64,000 nt of DNA. Origin: Vulcanimicrobiota bacterium. GTDB lineage: Bacteria; Vulcanimicrobiota; Vulcanimicrobiia; Vulcanimicrobiales; Vulcanimicrobiaceae. The position numbers and the translations under genes were made by a program. Below, one piece after another: positions 51,803-62,455 of the stretch. The notes beneath the pieces were generated by a model, which saw only the letters and a program-made list of their open reading frames with translations, ran no database searches and was not told the origin of the DNA. Each line of letters starts with the position of its first letter. Position 1 is the stretch's first letter. The DNA lies in the NCBI GenBank assembly GCA_963795855.1, contig CAWCIZ010000002.1, positions 32,001-96,000 of the forward strand, read 5' to 3'.

Positions 51803-53011
51803 CTAGGGAATATTCCCAGATGAGTTGTTTTCAACCGAAGCCGGCGCTGCAGGCAAGCGCCAAATCCATGCGATGCCGCAAAGCACTTCCAGACCCGCGA
51901 TGACGAATGCTATTCGCGCCGCGTGGGCGCTCTCCAGTGCGTGCATTCGTGCCAGCACCGCATTGGCAATCAGCGGCGCCGCGATCTGCGGCAGCAGCAA
52001 CGCGAGGTTCCAGACCCCCATGGCCGTGGCCAGCGCGAAACGCGGCAGCAGGTGACATCCGAGCGCCCAATCGCCGCTCAAGAACACGCCCCACGCGACG
52101 CCGGCGAGCAACGCACTGCAGATTACGGCGAAGAGCGTGTGCGAGAACAGAAATGCCGCGAGCGCCGCGACGAACGCCAATGCGCCCGCTGCGGCGACCG
52201 CGCGGCGATCGAAGTGGTCCGCGGGGCGTGCCGCCAGTGCGGCTCCGAGCGCGCCGCTGGCAGTGACGGCGAGAATGATTTCGCCGGTAACCAACTTCGT
52301 ATCTCCGGCGAACGTGCCGCGTACGTAAAAGAACACGTACCCCAGCAGCGTGTAAAATCCGAGAAAGACGAGCGAGCGCGACACGAAGAGATCGATGAAC
52401 GCGCGGCTGATGCGCAGCGATTGCGCGTGAATCGGCTCGAGCGGAAGATTACGCACGTGCAGCACCGTAATCGCGCACGACGCCAGCAATGCGCCGGCGA
52501 TTGCAGCTGCGACGACACGCGCTTGAGAGGTGAGCGCCGCCACAACGGCGCCGCATGCGTTGCCCACGCTTTGCAGTGCGGCCATCCATGACGACGCCGT
52601 GCCCACTTCGCGTCTCGGAACGAAATCCGGAATGATCGCTTGATACGGCCCGATAGCGAAGTTCATGCTCGCCTGCAGCGCGAGAAGCGCGCAGACGAGC
52701 TGGGTGAAATTCGGCGCGAGATAAAACCACGCGAGCGCAGGACATGCGAGTATCGCGCCTGCGACGTAGAATTCGGTGCGACGGCTGCCGCGTGCGCGCC
52801 GCCGGTCCGCGATGATGCCGACGAGTATTTGCGTGAGGGCGGCGACGGCCGCGCCCGACGATGCAAGCACGCCGTATGCGGCGACCGCATTCACACTTGC
52901 GATCTCGGACGCGCGAGCCTGAAGCGAAACGCCCAGCAACGCGCCCCAGACGACTTGGATGCCGAACCAAAAAGCGCCGAGAAGCGACGGTTTAATCGTG
53001 CCCGGCTGCAT
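51803..53011 (-). CDS. MFS transporter
   Basis: About 12 hydrophobic segments; GIIADRRR motif. Confidence 0.85.
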   Translation of the reverse strand: MQPGTIKPSLLGAFWFGIQVVWGALLGVSLQARASEIASVNAVAAYGVLASSGAAVAALTQILVGIIADRRRARGSRRTEFYVAGAILACPALAWFYLAPNFTQLVCALLALQASMNFAIGPYQAIIPDFVPRREVGTASSWMAALQSVGNACGAVVAALTSQARVVAAAIAGALLASCAITVLHVRNLPLEPIHAQSLRISRAFIDLFVSRSLVFLGFYTLLGYVFFYVRGTFAGDTKLVTGEIILAVTASGALGAALAARPADHFDRRAVAAAGALAFVAALAAFLFSHTLFAVICSALLAGVAWGVFLSGDWALGCHLLPRFALATAMGVWNLALLLPQIAAPLIANAVLARMHALESAHAARIAFVIAGLEVLCGIAWIWRLPAAPASVENNSSGNIP

Positions 53012-53729
53012 ACCGATATTCGGCGAGCGTATCGACGTCGTAAGCGAGTTCCGGCGGCGCGCCGCGTACCGCCGCGGCCGAGATGCCGAGCAACCGGTGC
53101 GCGTGCGCTTCGAGCTGCGAAACGCGCAAGCGGCGTAGGGCAAAACGGATCAGCAATGCGGGACCGGTCAAGCGAGCCATGCGCCAAACATTTTTTCGCG
53201 CGTCGAAAAAACGCGTCGCGAACCGCTCGATTCGCTCGTGCGCTCCCGGCGGTATTGCGAAAGCGCCGCCGTTTACCACACGCTCTCCGCCGAGCGTTAC
53301 GCCGAACGGCGGCGCGCCCGGAAATCGCGCAATGAAATCGGCGTACTCGGTGAGCGGCAGAGCGAGCGTTTCCGCCGGCACCGCATCGAGAAAAAGCCGA
53401 ATGGCGCGCGCCGTAACGAACGGCATATCGCTGGTGAGGTACAGCAGCGGTGCGTTGGAATCCCAAGCACGAAGCGCCCGGCGCAGATTTTCGGCGCCGC
53501 CGGCACTTTCTTCCACGACTTTTTCGACACAGTCTTCGCAGGCCGCGCGCACCTGCGCACCACCGACGACGGCGATGCGATCGATCCCGGCGCCGCGCAG
53601 CGCTTCAATCGTGATGTGCAGAAACGTCGTGCCGCCGAACGGCGCGAGCGCTTTTACCGGGGTCCCAAGCGCGCTCGCGAACTCGGCGTCGACCCGTCCG
53701 CCGGCCGTGATGACCGCATGGTAGCTCAC
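52992..53729 (-). CDS. MobA-like NTP transferase domain protein
   Basis: AVITAGG, PVKAL, TSDMPF, DVDT. Confidence 0.8.
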   Translation of the reverse strand: MSYHAVITAGGRVDAEFASALGTPVKALAPFGGTTFLHITIEALRGAGIDRIAVVGGAQVRAACEDCVEKVVEESAGGAENLRRALRAWDSNAPLLYLTSDMPFVTARAIRLFLDAVPAETLALPLTEYADFIARFPGAPPFGVTLGGERVVNGGAFAIPPGAHERIERFATRFFDARKNVWRMARLTGPALLIRFALRRLRVSQLEAHAHRLLGISAAAVRGAPPELAYDVDTLAEYRYAAGHD

Positions 53730-54562
53730 GCACGCTGCTTTGCACCGACTTTTGCGACAACCTTTTCGGCGTTCTTGCCGAAGCGGGTCCGCAGCATGGC
53801 GCCGAGCATCTCGGCGTTATCCGCCGCCTGGCCTCGCCGGTGGTTGTTGAAGAATGCCAGCGTTTCTTTTACCTCGGCGTCGACGTCGATGAGGCGGTCC
53901 ACCCAAGGCTCGAGTTCTTCTTTCGAATACAGATACTCGTATCGCGTCGTGTTGTCGCCGCTCCACCACTTCTTGTAGTTGCGGCCGTGAAAGCGGACGT
54001 ATCCGCGTCCGTCGGTGACGTCGGAACTCGGGTGCAGCAGCGCTTTGAACTGCGGCTGATCGACGTTGCACCAGCTGATCCCGAGCTCGTCGAGCAGCTC
54101 GAGCGTTTCGTTCGACTGCCACGCCCGATTTCGAAACTCTGCGACGAGGCACAGGCCTTTCCACGCTTCGCGCAGCCGCCGAAGATAGTCAGCCGTTTTG
54201 TCTGCCGGTTTGAACGAATTCGGAAACTGCATCAGGACCGCCGAGAGTTTGTGCTGCTCGACCAGCGGCTCGACGTTTTCGCTAAAATACTTTACGTCGG
54301 CATGGAGACGCATGCGCGCGTCCGTGGGAAGATGCGTTACGGTTCCCGGCGCCTTCACGCTGAAACGAAAACCTTTAGGCGTGCGTTCCGCCATACCGGC
54401 GAATGTCTTGTCCGAGAAAACGCTGTAATAGGTCGCGTTGATTTCAACACAGGGAAAGCGGCGCGCGTAGTACGCGAGCATGTCGCGCTGCTTGGTACCC
54501 TCCGGGTAGAACGGACCTATCCAGTCATTATACGAGTAGCCGCTGGTGCCGACGTAGATCAT
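53726..54562 (-). CDS. DUF72 protein
   Basis: YVGTSGYSYNDW, VEINATYY, QFP, EFRN, YVRFHG, FFNNH. Confidence 0.92.
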   Translation of the reverse strand: MIYVGTSGYSYNDWIGPFYPEGTKQRDMLAYYARRFPCVEINATYYSVFSDKTFAGMAERTPKGFRFSVKAPGTVTHLPTDARMRLHADVKYFSENVEPLVEQHKLSAVLMQFPNSFKPADKTADYLRRLREAWKGLCLVAEFRNRAWQSNETLELLDELGISWCNVDQPQFKALLHPSSDVTDGRGYVRFHGRNYKKWWSGDNTTRYEYLYSKEELEPWVDRLIDVDAEVKETLAFFNNHRRGQAADNAEMLGAMLRTRFGKNAEKVVAKVGAKQRA

Positions 54563-55383
54563 CCATCGAACAGCGTACCCTGGGAAGGGCGGGCGCTACG
54601 CTTGGCGCCGAGGAGTTCGCAAAACAATTCGGCGTTCCGCGCCGCATTGCCGCGCGCGTGATTATTGAAGAACGCGTACGTCTGACCGGCTCGTTCCTCC
54701 ATATCGGCCACGCGATTCGTCCACGGCTGCAATTCACGCGCCGTATAGTCGTAGTCATAGCGGGCCGTGTTATCGCCGGTCCACCACTTTTCGGCATTTC
54801 GACCGTGAAATCGCACGTAGCCTATGCCGCAGGAAACGTCCGCGCTCGGCCGCATCAGCGTGTCGTAGCCGGGCATGTCGACGTTGCACCAGCCGACCCC
54901 GAGCTCGCACACCAACTCGAAATATTCCGGCGTCTGCCATTCGCGGTTTCGGAACTCGGCGACCAGAGGCAGCGGTTGCAAAGCCTCGACCGCTGCGCGG
55001 AGATATCGTTCCGTGCGATCGTTGGGTTTAAATGCATTCGGAAATTGCAGCAGCGCGCAGCCGAGTTTACCCGCGGCGCATATCGGAGCCAGGCTTTGAA
55101 CGAACGCCTGCGCGTCGCCGTGAACGCGGCCGAGGCCGGCGTCGGGCGGATGCGAAACGGTTTGAGGAACCTTGAAACAAAAACGAAAGCGCGCGGGGGT
55201 GCGCGCGCTCATTCGAGCCGTCGTGTCCGAGCCGAGGACGCCGTAGTACGACGCATCGACTTCGACCGCGTCGAAACAATTTGCGTAGTACGGCAGCAGT
55301 TCGGTCTGACGGATCGTGCCCGGATAAAAGGGCCCGATCCACTCTTTATACGCGTAGCCGCACGTGCCGACGTAGATTGCTAT
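54559..55383 (-). CDS. DUF72 protein (paralog; apparent ATA start overlapping rpsM stop)
   Basis: In-frame upstream extension of the track ORF reads [21 protein letters not shown]...VEVDASYY. Confidence 0.88.
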   Translation of the reverse strand: MAIYVGTCGYAYKEWIGPFYPGTIRQTELLPYYANCFDAVEVDASYYGVLGSDTTARMSARTPARFRFCFKVPQTVSHPPDAGLGRVHGDAQAFVQSLAPICAAGKLGCALLQFPNAFKPNDRTERYLRAAVEALQPLPLVAEFRNREWQTPEYFELVCELGVGWCNVDMPGYDTLMRPSADVSCGIGYVRFHGRNAEKWWTGDNTARYDYDYTARELQPWTNRVADMEERAGQTYAFFNNHARGNAARNAELFCELLGAKRSARPSQGTLFDG

Positions 55384-55766
55384 TTCTTCGCGGCGGCTTT
55401 CTTCTTGTTTCCGACGGTTTTCTTGGGGCCTTTACGCGTGCGCGCATTCGTTTTCGTGCGCTGCCCGCGGACGGGCAAACCACGGCGATGACGGATCCCG
55501 CGATAGCAGCCGATGTCCATCAAGCGTTTGATGTGCGAACTGACTTCACGCCGCAGGTCGCCCTCGACTTTGATGCCCTCAGCGTCGATCGCCTCGCGCA
55601 ACTTCCGCTCGTGGTCCTCGCTCAATTCCTTGACGCGTGTGTCGGGATTCACGCCCGAACGCGCGAGCAATTTTTGCGCCGTCTTCGGCCCAATGCCGTA
55701 GATGTACGTCAAAGCGACTTCGATGCGCTTGTCACGCGGCAGATCGATACCGGCAATACGTGCCAT
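55380..55766 (-). CDS. rpsM: 30S ribosomal protein S13
   Basis: [28 protein letters not shown]. Confidence 0.98.
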   Translation of the reverse strand: MARIAGIDLPRDKRIEVALTYIYGIGPKTAQKLLARSGVNPDTRVKELSEDHERKLREAIDAEGIKVEGDLRREVSSHIKRLMDIGCYRGIRHRRGLPVRGQRTKTNARTRKGPKKTVGNKKKAAAKK

Positions 55767-55780
55767 TACCAGAGTTCTCC

Positions 55781-55897
55781 TTAACCCTGCACTTGCTTGT
55801 GCTTGGGATTGACGTCGCAGATCACGCGCACTTTGCCTTCGCGCCGAATGATCTTGCACTTTTCACAGATTCGTTTTACTGACGGTCGAACTTTCAT
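55781..55897 (-). CDS. rpmJ: 50S ribosomal protein L36
   Basis: Manual translation [38 protein letters not shown]. Confidence 0.97.
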   Translation of the reverse strand: MKVRPSVKRICEKCKIIRREGKVRVICDVNPKHKQVQG

Positions 55898-55904
55898 ATC
55901 TAAT

Positions 55905-56044
55905 GGCGCTCCGGCCTAGCCTGCGCGCCCCCCACTCGTGGGGCCCCCAGACCGAACATGGCGCCTCATCCTTTCTGCCGCTGTGCACCCTCCCCGAGGG
56001 CGCCGTGTAGTTTTTCTGCCGCTGTGCACCCTCCCCGAGGGCGC
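55905..56044. repeat. Repeat family copy with duplicated right end
   Basis: GGCGCTCCGGCCTAGCCTGCGCGCCCCCC identical to the array unit; TTTCTGCCGCTGTGCACCCTCCCCGAGGGCGC twice. Confidence 0.9.
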
Positions 56045-56055
56045 GGTTGTTTCTT

Positions 56056-56347
56056 CTATTTATATCTGTACGTGATTCTGCCGTGCGTCAAATCGTACGC
56101 AGAGAGTTCCACCAGAACTCGGTCGCCGGGGAGGATACGGATGAAGTGCATCCGGATCTTGCCCGACACGTGGGCTAACACTCGATGGCCGCTGGTGAGT
56201 TCCACGTGGAACATGGCGTTGGGGAGCGGTTCGACGATGGTGCCCTCGACTTCGATCGCTTCTTCCTTAGGCGTCGCGCTTTGCGCCGCTTTCTCGGCTC
56301 TTCGGCGACCTGGATCGGGGCGGCTGGCCGCGTCTCCCTCTGGCCAC
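56056..56347 (-). CDS. infA: Translation initiation factor IF-1 (N-terminal extension, one frameshift)
   Basis: [24 protein letters not shown]...[36 protein letters not shown]. Confidence 0.92.
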
Positions 56348-56361
56348 TATGTGCACCCCAT

Positions 56362-57163
56362 TCATGCTGCCATCTCTTCCTTCGGACGGTACTTCGCGAC
56401 GTCGGGGTGCTCGCCGATGTCGCGCAGCGTCAAGATTTTGGACCGTCGTCCGTAATGGCGATGGTATGCTCGAAGTGCGCTGCGAGTTTACCATCTGCCG
56501 TGACGACTGTCCAGCCATCCTGAAGGGTTTCTACCGAGTAATGCCCCTCGGTAATCATAGGCTCGATTGCCAGAACCAGGCCCGGGCGCAGCTCGAGCCC
56601 GCGCCCGCACGGCCGTAGTTGGGCACCTGCGGCTCCTCGTGCATCTTGGTGCCGATACCGTGACCGACCAACTCTCGCACGACGCCGTAGCCATTCGACT
56701 CCGCGTACTCCTGGACGGCGTTGCCGATGTCGCCCAGGTGCTTGCCTTTGTACATCTGCGCGATGCCGGTCATCAAGCATTCCTGAGTAATGCGCATCAG
56801 CCGCTCGGCGTTCTCGCCGACGCTGCCGACGGCAACCGTAATGGCCGAATCGCTCACATACCCGTCGAGCGTCGTGCCGATGTCGATTGAAAGCAAGTCG
56901 CCGTCCTGCAGCACTTGATCGCCGGGTATTCCGTGAACGACTTCCTCGTTGACCGACGTGCAAATGCTGCACGGATAGCCGTGATAGCCTTTGAAGGTCG
57001 GCAGCCCGCCCATGGAGCGAATCCCGCGCTCGGCAAGATCGTCCAAGTCGCGCGTCGTCATCCCGGGGCGCACCGCACGGATCAGATCGCCGAGCACCTT
57101 CGCGGTCACTTTACCGCTGCGGCGCATCTTTTCGATTTCGCGGGGCGACTTGATCGTGATCAC
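56362..57163 (-). CDS. map: Methionine aminopeptidase type I (two frameshifts)
   Basis: [38 protein letters not shown]. Confidence 0.93.
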
Positions 57164-57816
57164 GACGCGGCCTGCTTCGGTCCATCGAGCTTCGAAATCA
57201 GTTCGCGCGTCACGTCGTCGACGGAAGCGAGCGCGTCGATGCCGATCAATTTTCCCCTATGGCGATAGTAGTCGACGAGCGGGGCCGTTTGACGATCGTA
57301 CACGTCGAGCCGCTTCGTAACCGTCTCGGGTTTGTCGTCCTCGCGCTGAACGAGCGGGCCGCCGTCCTCGTCGTCCACGCCGGTGATCCGCGGCGGGTTC
57401 GTCACGGCGTTGTACGTGCGGCCGGTGCGCGGGTTCGTCCACCGCGCGGTCAGCCGCGTGAACAGCGACTCGCGATCGGCGTTGAAGAGCACGACGGCGT
57501 CCAGCGGCGTCTTGCGCGCTTGGAGCAGCGCGTCGAGCGCCTCCGCCTGCGCGACCGTGCGCGGAAAGCCGTCCATGATGAAGCCGCCGCGATCCTTTTC
57601 CAGTTCGGCTTCGATCATCTTGATGATCACTTCGTCCGGCACGAGCGCACCGCCGACCATGTAGCTCTGCGCGAGCTTCCCGAGCTCGGTGCCTTTCGCG
57701 CGGTTCTCGCGCAGGATGTCGCCCGTCGAAATTTGCTTCGCGGCGAAACGCTCCGAGAGAATCTTCGCCTGCGTGCCTTTCCCTGCGCCGGGCGGGCCTA
57801 AAAAAACGAGGCGCAT
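57160..57816 (-). CDS. adk: Adenylate kinase
   Basis: GPPGAGKGTQA, STGDILR, DGFPRT, QREDD. Confidence 0.97.
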   Translation of the reverse strand: MRLVFLGPPGAGKGTQAKILSERFAAKQISTGDILRENRAKGTELGKLAQSYMVGGALVPDEVIIKMIEAELEKDRGGFIMDGFPRTVAQAEALDALLQARKTPLDAVVLFNADRESLFTRLTARWTNPRTGRTYNAVTNPPRITGVDDEDGGPLVQREDDKPETVTKRLDVYDRQTAPLVDYYRHRGKLIGIDALASVDDVTRELISKLDGPKQAAS

Positions 57817-59108
57817 CAGCGCTTTATGAAGCCCCGATAATCGCGCATTGCCAAGCGCGCTTCGATCTGTGTGATCGTGTCGAGCGCGACGCCGACGACG
57901 ATGAGCAGCGAGGTGGAGCCCAGATAGAACGTCGTCACGGAAAGTCCGCGCTGCAGCGCGCCCGGCAGCACCGCAAGCAGACCGAGGTATATCGCGGCCG
58001 CGGTGGTGATGCGCAGCAGGATGCGGTTGATGTAATCGACCGTCGGCTGCCCCGGACGAATACCCGGAATGAACGAGCCGCTCTTCTTAAGGTTGTCCGC
58101 GATGTCTTTGGTGTTGATGACGACCGCGCTGTAGAAGAACGTGAAGATCACGACCAGCACGAAATATACGAGATTATACAGCCACGAGTTCGGGCTGAAA
58201 TTCACGCTGATCCATCCCGATATGCCGGCCCAGAAGCCGGTCGATCCGCCCTTGTTGAACCACGAAAGCGCCTGCTGCGGCAGCAGCAGAATCGAAATCG
58301 CGAAGATGATGGAAATGACGCCGGCGTTGTTCAGGCGCAGGGGAATGTACGTCGATCGCCCCGCGAACATCTTGCGTCCGACGACCCGGCGCGCTTGCTG
58401 CACCGGGACGCGGCGCTGTCCTTGATACAGGAACACAATGGAGATGATGACCGCAACTGCGATGACGATATAGAGGATCAGGTTGACCACGGACTCGCCG
58501 CCCTTCGACGTCGACGAGTACGTTTGCGAAACGTACTGCGGATAGCGCAGCACGATGCCGATGAAGATGATCAGTGAAACGCCGTTGCCGATGCCTTTGT
58601 CGGTGATTTGCTCGCCCAGCCACATCAGGAACAGCGTGCCGGCAACCATGGCGATGACCGCGTAGACGCCGAACCACCAGCTGGTGTCGTAAAAAACGCC
58701 GGAACCGCGCATGACGTTGACCATGAAAAAGCCCTGCAGCGTGGCCAGAACGATCGTGAGCCAGCGCGTATACTGACCGATCTTCTTGCGGCCTTCCTCG
58801 CCGCCTTTCTTGGCCATCTCTTCGAGCTGCGGCATCACCACGGTCATAAGCTGCATGATGATCGACGCGTTGATGTAGGGCGTGATGCCCATCGCGATGA
58901 TCGACAGCTTCTGCAGCGCGCCGCCGGACAAGAAGCCGAGCAGGTTATAGAACGTTCCACCCTGCAGCACCGATTGCCATCGCGCTTCGTTCACGTTCGG
59001 CAGTTGCACGTGAATCATGAACACGAACACGGCGAACGCGAAAAAGACGAACAGCACTCGCTGCCGGATATCCGGAACCAGAAGCGCCGCGCGAAGGTTG
59101 TTCAGCAC
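57816..59108 (-). CDS. secY: Preprotein translocase SecY
   Basis: GITPYINASII, GIGNGVSL, IPGIRPG, STSLLIVVGV. Confidence 0.98.
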   Translation of the reverse strand: MLNNLRAALLVPDIRQRVLFVFFAFAVFVFMIHVQLPNVNEARWQSVLQGGTFYNLLGFLSGGALQKLSIIAMGITPYINASIIMQLMTVVMPQLEEMAKKGGEEGRKKIGQYTRWLTIVLATLQGFFMVNVMRGSGVFYDTSWWFGVYAVIAMVAGTLFLMWLGEQITDKGIGNGVSLIIFIGIVLRYPQYVSQTYSSTSKGGESVVNLILYIVIAVAVIISIVFLYQGQRRVPVQQARRVVGRKMFAGRSTYIPLRLNNAGVISIIFAISILLLPQQALSWFNKGGSTGFWAGISGWISVNFSPNSWLYNLVYFVLVVIFTFFYSAVVINTKDIADNLKKSGSFIPGIRPGQPTVDYINRILLRITTAAAIYLGLLAVLPGALQRGLSVTTFYLGSTSLLIVVGVALDTITQIEARLAMRDYRGFIKR

Positions 59109-59728
59109 TAGCCTTCGTCACCATGAGCGTCGTCGAACGAAGCGCCCGCGGCGTTCAACGCCTCGCGCGCACTATTCGAGAAGACGACGTCCCGGAAACG
59201 CAGCCCGGACGGGACCGTCTTGCCCGATTTGCTGCCGCCGAGAATCTTCACGCCGTCGCGTACGGCTTTGATCTTCTTGGCGACCTTAAGCGTTTGCGGC
59301 GTGACTTCGACGGAAGTGTCCCAGTCGGCAAGATCGTGCAAATTGACCACGGCGTATTCCGTACGGAAATGCCCGATGTCGCGCGCCTTCTGCGAGTAGC
59401 CGCGCCGATGCGGCAAGCGACGCGCCCACGGCGTTTGACCGCCCTCGAACGCCGGCCCTTTGCCGCCGCCGGAACGAACCGTTTGTCCTTTTCCGCCTTC
59501 GCCGCCGGTCTTGACCATGCCGGAACCATGTCCGCGCCCGACCCGCGTGCGCTTGGGCCAGCTGCCCTCGGCGGGTTTCACGACACCGAGCGAAAGAAGC
59601 GAACTCTTCGCCGTAGCGAGGTTTGCTTTCGCAGCGGTTTTTGTAGCGGTTTTTGCGGCGGTTTTTGAAGCGGCCTTCGTGCTGGACTTTGCGCTAGCCG
59701 TCTTCGTTGATTTTTTTCTCTCTGCCAT
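59108..59728 (-). CDS. rplO: 50S ribosomal protein L15 with Lys/Ala-rich N-terminal extension
   Basis: RVGRGHGSG..KT, KGQTVRSG, FEGGQTP. Confidence 0.93.
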   Translation of the reverse strand: MAERKKSTKTASAKSSTKAASKTAAKTATKTAAKANLATAKSSLLSLGVVKPAEGSWPKRTRVGRGHGSGMVKTGGEGGKGQTVRSGGGKGPAFEGGQTPWARRLPHRRGYSQKARDIGHFRTEYAVVNLHDLADWDTSVEVTPQTLKVAKKIKAVRDGVKILGGSKSGKTVPSGLRFRDVVFSNSAREALNAAGASFDDAHGDEG

Positions 59729-59744
59729 ACTATCTCCGTTTAAA

Positions 59745-59772
59745 AGCGCTGCGGCCGAGCCTCCGCGCCCTG
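59745..59772. repeat. Left-end remnant of the repeat family
   Basis: AGCGCTGCGGCCGAGCCTCCGCGCCC resembles GGCGCTCCGGCCTAGCCTGCGCGCCC. Confidence 0.55.
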
Positions 59773-59778
59773 AGGTCT

Positions 59779-60294
59779 TCAAGCGGCGAATATGTCGCCG
59801 ACGTTCTTGCCGCGCAGTCGGGCGACTTGCTCGGCGGTTTTCAGCGTGCGAAGCGCTTCGACCGTCGCGTACACGACGTTCACCGGGTTGCTGGTGCCGA
59901 GCGATTTCGTCAGGATGTCGTGAATGCCGGCCAGTTCCAGCACCGCGCGCATCGGGCCGCCGGCGATAACGCCGGTACCCGGAGCCGCCGGTTTGAGCAG
60001 TACCCGTGCCGCGCCGATCGTGTGATTTACTTGGTGCGGAATCGTCTTCTCCACCATCGGCACGGTAACGAGATTTTTCTTCGCGCCTTCGACCGCTTTG
60101 CGGATCGCTTCGGGCACTTCACCGGCTTTCCCGATGGCGAAACCGACGCGCCCCTTGCGATCGCCGACGACGACGAGCGCGCTGAAGCTGAAGCGTTTAC
60201 CGCCTTTGACGACCTTCGCGACGCGATTGACGCGCACGACGGTTTCTTCAAATCCGGAATTGTCGCGTTCGCGACCACCACCACGGTATTGCAT
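59779..60294 (-). CDS. rpsE: 30S ribosomal protein S5
   Basis: [31 protein letters not shown]. Confidence 0.98.
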   Translation of the reverse strand: MQYRGGGRERDNSGFEETVVRVNRVAKVVKGGKRFSFSALVVVGDRKGRVGFAIGKAGEVPEAIRKAVEGAKKNLVTVPMVEKTIPHQVNHTIGAARVLLKPAAPGTGVIAGGPMRAVLELAGIHDILTKSLGTSNPVNVVYATVEALRTLKTAEQVARLRGKNVGDIFAA

Positions 60295-60343
60295 TAAAGG
60301 CGCTCCGCTCTAAAAGAGATGCTGCTGCTATCAGGCCACTGCA

Positions 60344-60709
60344 TTAAAATTCGAGTCCCGCTTGACGAGCTGCGTCGGCAAGCGCTTTGACGCGGCCGTG
60401 GTATTTCAAACCGCCGCGATCGAAGACGACCTGCGTAATGCCGGCCTGTTTCGCTTTGGCGGCGATCGCCGTGCCGATTTTCTCGGCTGCGGCAAGGTTC
60501 GTCGTCGAATCGAGTCCGTCGGCCAAATCCTTCTCGCGAGTCGACGCGGACGCAATGGTGTGGCCCTTCGCGTCGTCAACGACGGTTGCGTAGATATGAT
60601 GCAGCGTGCGGCGCATCAGCAGGCGCGGACGCTCCGCAGAGCCTCCGAGCTTGCGCCGCAGCCGGCGATGCCGCTTCTGACGGCTCTGATCTTTTGAGGT
60701 GCCGGCCAT
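60344..60709 (-). CDS. rplR: 50S ribosomal protein L18
   Basis: [22 protein letters not shown]. Confidence 0.97.
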   Translation of the reverse strand: MAGTSKDQSRQKRHRRLRRKLGGSAERPRLLMRRTLHHIYATVVDDAKGHTIASASTREKDLADGLDSTTNLAAAEKIGTAIAAKAKQAGITQVVFDRGGLKYHGRVKALADAARQAGLEF

Positions 60710-61257
60710 TACTTTTTACCTGCCTTACCGGCCTTGCCGAGTTTCTTGCGCACGACTTCCGCGGCGTAACGCACGCCTTTGCCTTTGTACGGCTCGGGCG
60801 GACGAAGGTTGCGGATCTCCGCCGCCACCTGGCCGACTTGCTGCTTGTCGATGCCCTCGACGTGAATCTTGTTCGTGCCTTCGACGGAGAGCGTGATGCC
60901 TTGGGGCGCTTTGTACGCGACGGGATGCGAATAGCCCAGCGTCAGGTTCAGGCCGTCGCCGGATTTCGCGGCGCGATAACCCACGCCCTGAATCTCCAAG
61001 CTCTTACGGAACCCTTTGCTCACGCCCTCGATCATATTGTTCACGAGCGTGCGCGTGAGGCCGTGCGCGGAGCGGTGCTCTTTAGCGTCGCCCTTGCGTT
61101 CGACCAGCACTTTGCCGTCCTCCAGTTTCACCGCGACGTGCGCGAGCACGCGCTGGCGAAGTTCGCCTTTCGGCCCCTTCACCTGCACTTCGCTGCCGTC
61201 GATTGTGACGTTTACGCCGCTCGGAACGGCTACGGGTAACTTTCCAATACGTGACAT
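60709..61257 (-). CDS. rplF: 50S ribosomal protein L6
   Basis: [20 protein letters not shown]. Confidence 0.98.
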   Translation of the reverse strand: MSRIGKLPVAVPSGVNVTIDGSEVQVKGPKGELRQRVLAHVAVKLEDGKVLVERKGDAKEHRSAHGLTRTLVNNMIEGVSKGFRKSLEIQGVGYRAAKSGDGLNLTLGYSHPVAYKAPQGITLSVEGTNKIHVEGIDKQQVGQVAAEIRNLRPPEPYKGKGVRYAAEVVRKKLGKAGKAGKK

Positions 61258-61295
61258 TCTAAAGGCGCTCCGCTCGAATGTAGACTGCGTTCATC

Positions 61296-61697
61296 TCACC
61301 AGACATAAGCCAGCACTTCGCCTCCGCAGCCTTCCTTTTTGGCCCGCTTGCCGGACATGATCCCCTTCGACGTCGACATGATGACGAGCCCGAGACCACC
61401 GAGCACGCGCGGAATCTCAGTCTTAGTCGTGTAGACGCGCAAGCCGGGACGCGAGATGCGGCGCAGTCCGGTAATAATTTTCTCTTTGTTCGGGCCGTAC
61501 TTGAGTTTGATCCGAATCACGCCCTGAGGGCCTTCGTTCAGCCGCTCGAAGTCGTTGATGAACCCTTCGTCTTTGAGAATTTGCGTAACCGCGTGCTTCG
61601 TACGCGATGCCGGAACGTCCACCACGTCATGATTGGCGGTGTTCGCGTTGCGGATGCGCGTGAGCAGATCGGCGATGGGATCCGTGATGACAGCCAT
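61296..61697 (-). CDS. rpsH: 30S ribosomal protein S8
   Basis: [30 protein letters not shown]. Confidence 0.98.
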   Translation of the reverse strand: MAVITDPIADLLTRIRNANTANHDVVDVPASRTKHAVTQILKDEGFINDFERLNEGPQGVIRIKLKYGPNKEKIITGLRRISRPGLRVYTTKTEIPRVLGGLGLVIMSTSKGIMSGKRAKKEGCGGEVLAYVW

Positions 61698-61711
61698 TAC
61701 TCGTTACGCTC

Positions 61712-61897
61712 CTACCACGACGCCTTGGTCACGCCGGGAATGTTGCCTTTGTGCGCGTTCTCACGAAAACAAATACGGCACAGCGCGAATTTGCGATACA
61801 CGCCGCGCGGCCGGCCGCAAAGCTCGCAGCGCAGGTGCGCGCGCACTTTGAACTTCGGCGTGCGTTTCGATTTTTCAATAAGAGCCGTCTTGGCCAT
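61712..61897 (-). CDS. rpsN: 30S ribosomal protein S14, zinc type Z
   Basis: 61 aa, [22 protein letters not shown]. Confidence 0.97.
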   Translation of the reverse strand: MAKTALIEKSKRTPKFKVRAHLRCELCGRPRGVYRKFALCRICFRENAHKGNIPGVTKASW

Positions 61898-62451
61898 TAA
61901 CGTGCACCTGTTTTCTGCAGCGGCAAGCCCATTGCGGTCAGGAACTCGGTCGCCTCTTCGTCGTTCTTCGCCGTCGTCACGATGACGATGTCCATGCCGC
62001 GCATCTTGTCGACCTTGTCATAGTTGATCTCGGGAAACACGATCTGCTCGCGCAATCCCATGTTGTAGTTGCCGCGCCCGTCGAACGACTTGCGCGCCAG
62101 TCCGCGAAAGTCGCGGATACGCGGCAGGACGATGTTGAACAGCTTGTCCAAAAACACGTACATCCGCTCGCCGCGAAGCGTAACCTTCGCGCCGATGTTC
62201 ATACCTTCGCGCAGCTTGAACGCGGCGATCGACTTCTTAGCCTTGGTCACGACCGGCTTCTGACCCGAGATCGCCTGCAACTCGCCGACGGCTGTGTCCA
62301 GTACTTTCGAGTTGCTGATCGCGTCGCCGACGCTCATGTTGATGACGACCTTCTTCAGCTTCGGAATCTGGCTGACGTTCTTGTAGCCGAAACGCTCCTG
62401 CAGCTGCTTGCGAACTTCTTTGTCGTATTTTTCTTTCAATCGCGTGGGCAT
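61897..62451 (-). CDS. rplE: 50S ribosomal protein L5
   Basis: [26 protein letters not shown]. Confidence 0.98.
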   Translation of the reverse strand: MPTRLKEKYDKEVRKQLQERFGYKNVSQIPKLKKVVINMSVGDAISNSKVLDTAVGELQAISGQKPVVTKAKKSIAAFKLREGMNIGAKVTLRGERMYVFLDKLFNIVLPRIRDFRGLARKSFDGRGNYNMGLREQIVFPEINYDKVDKMRGMDIVIVTTAKNDEEATEFLTAMGLPLQKTGAR

Positions 62452-62455
62452 CGCA

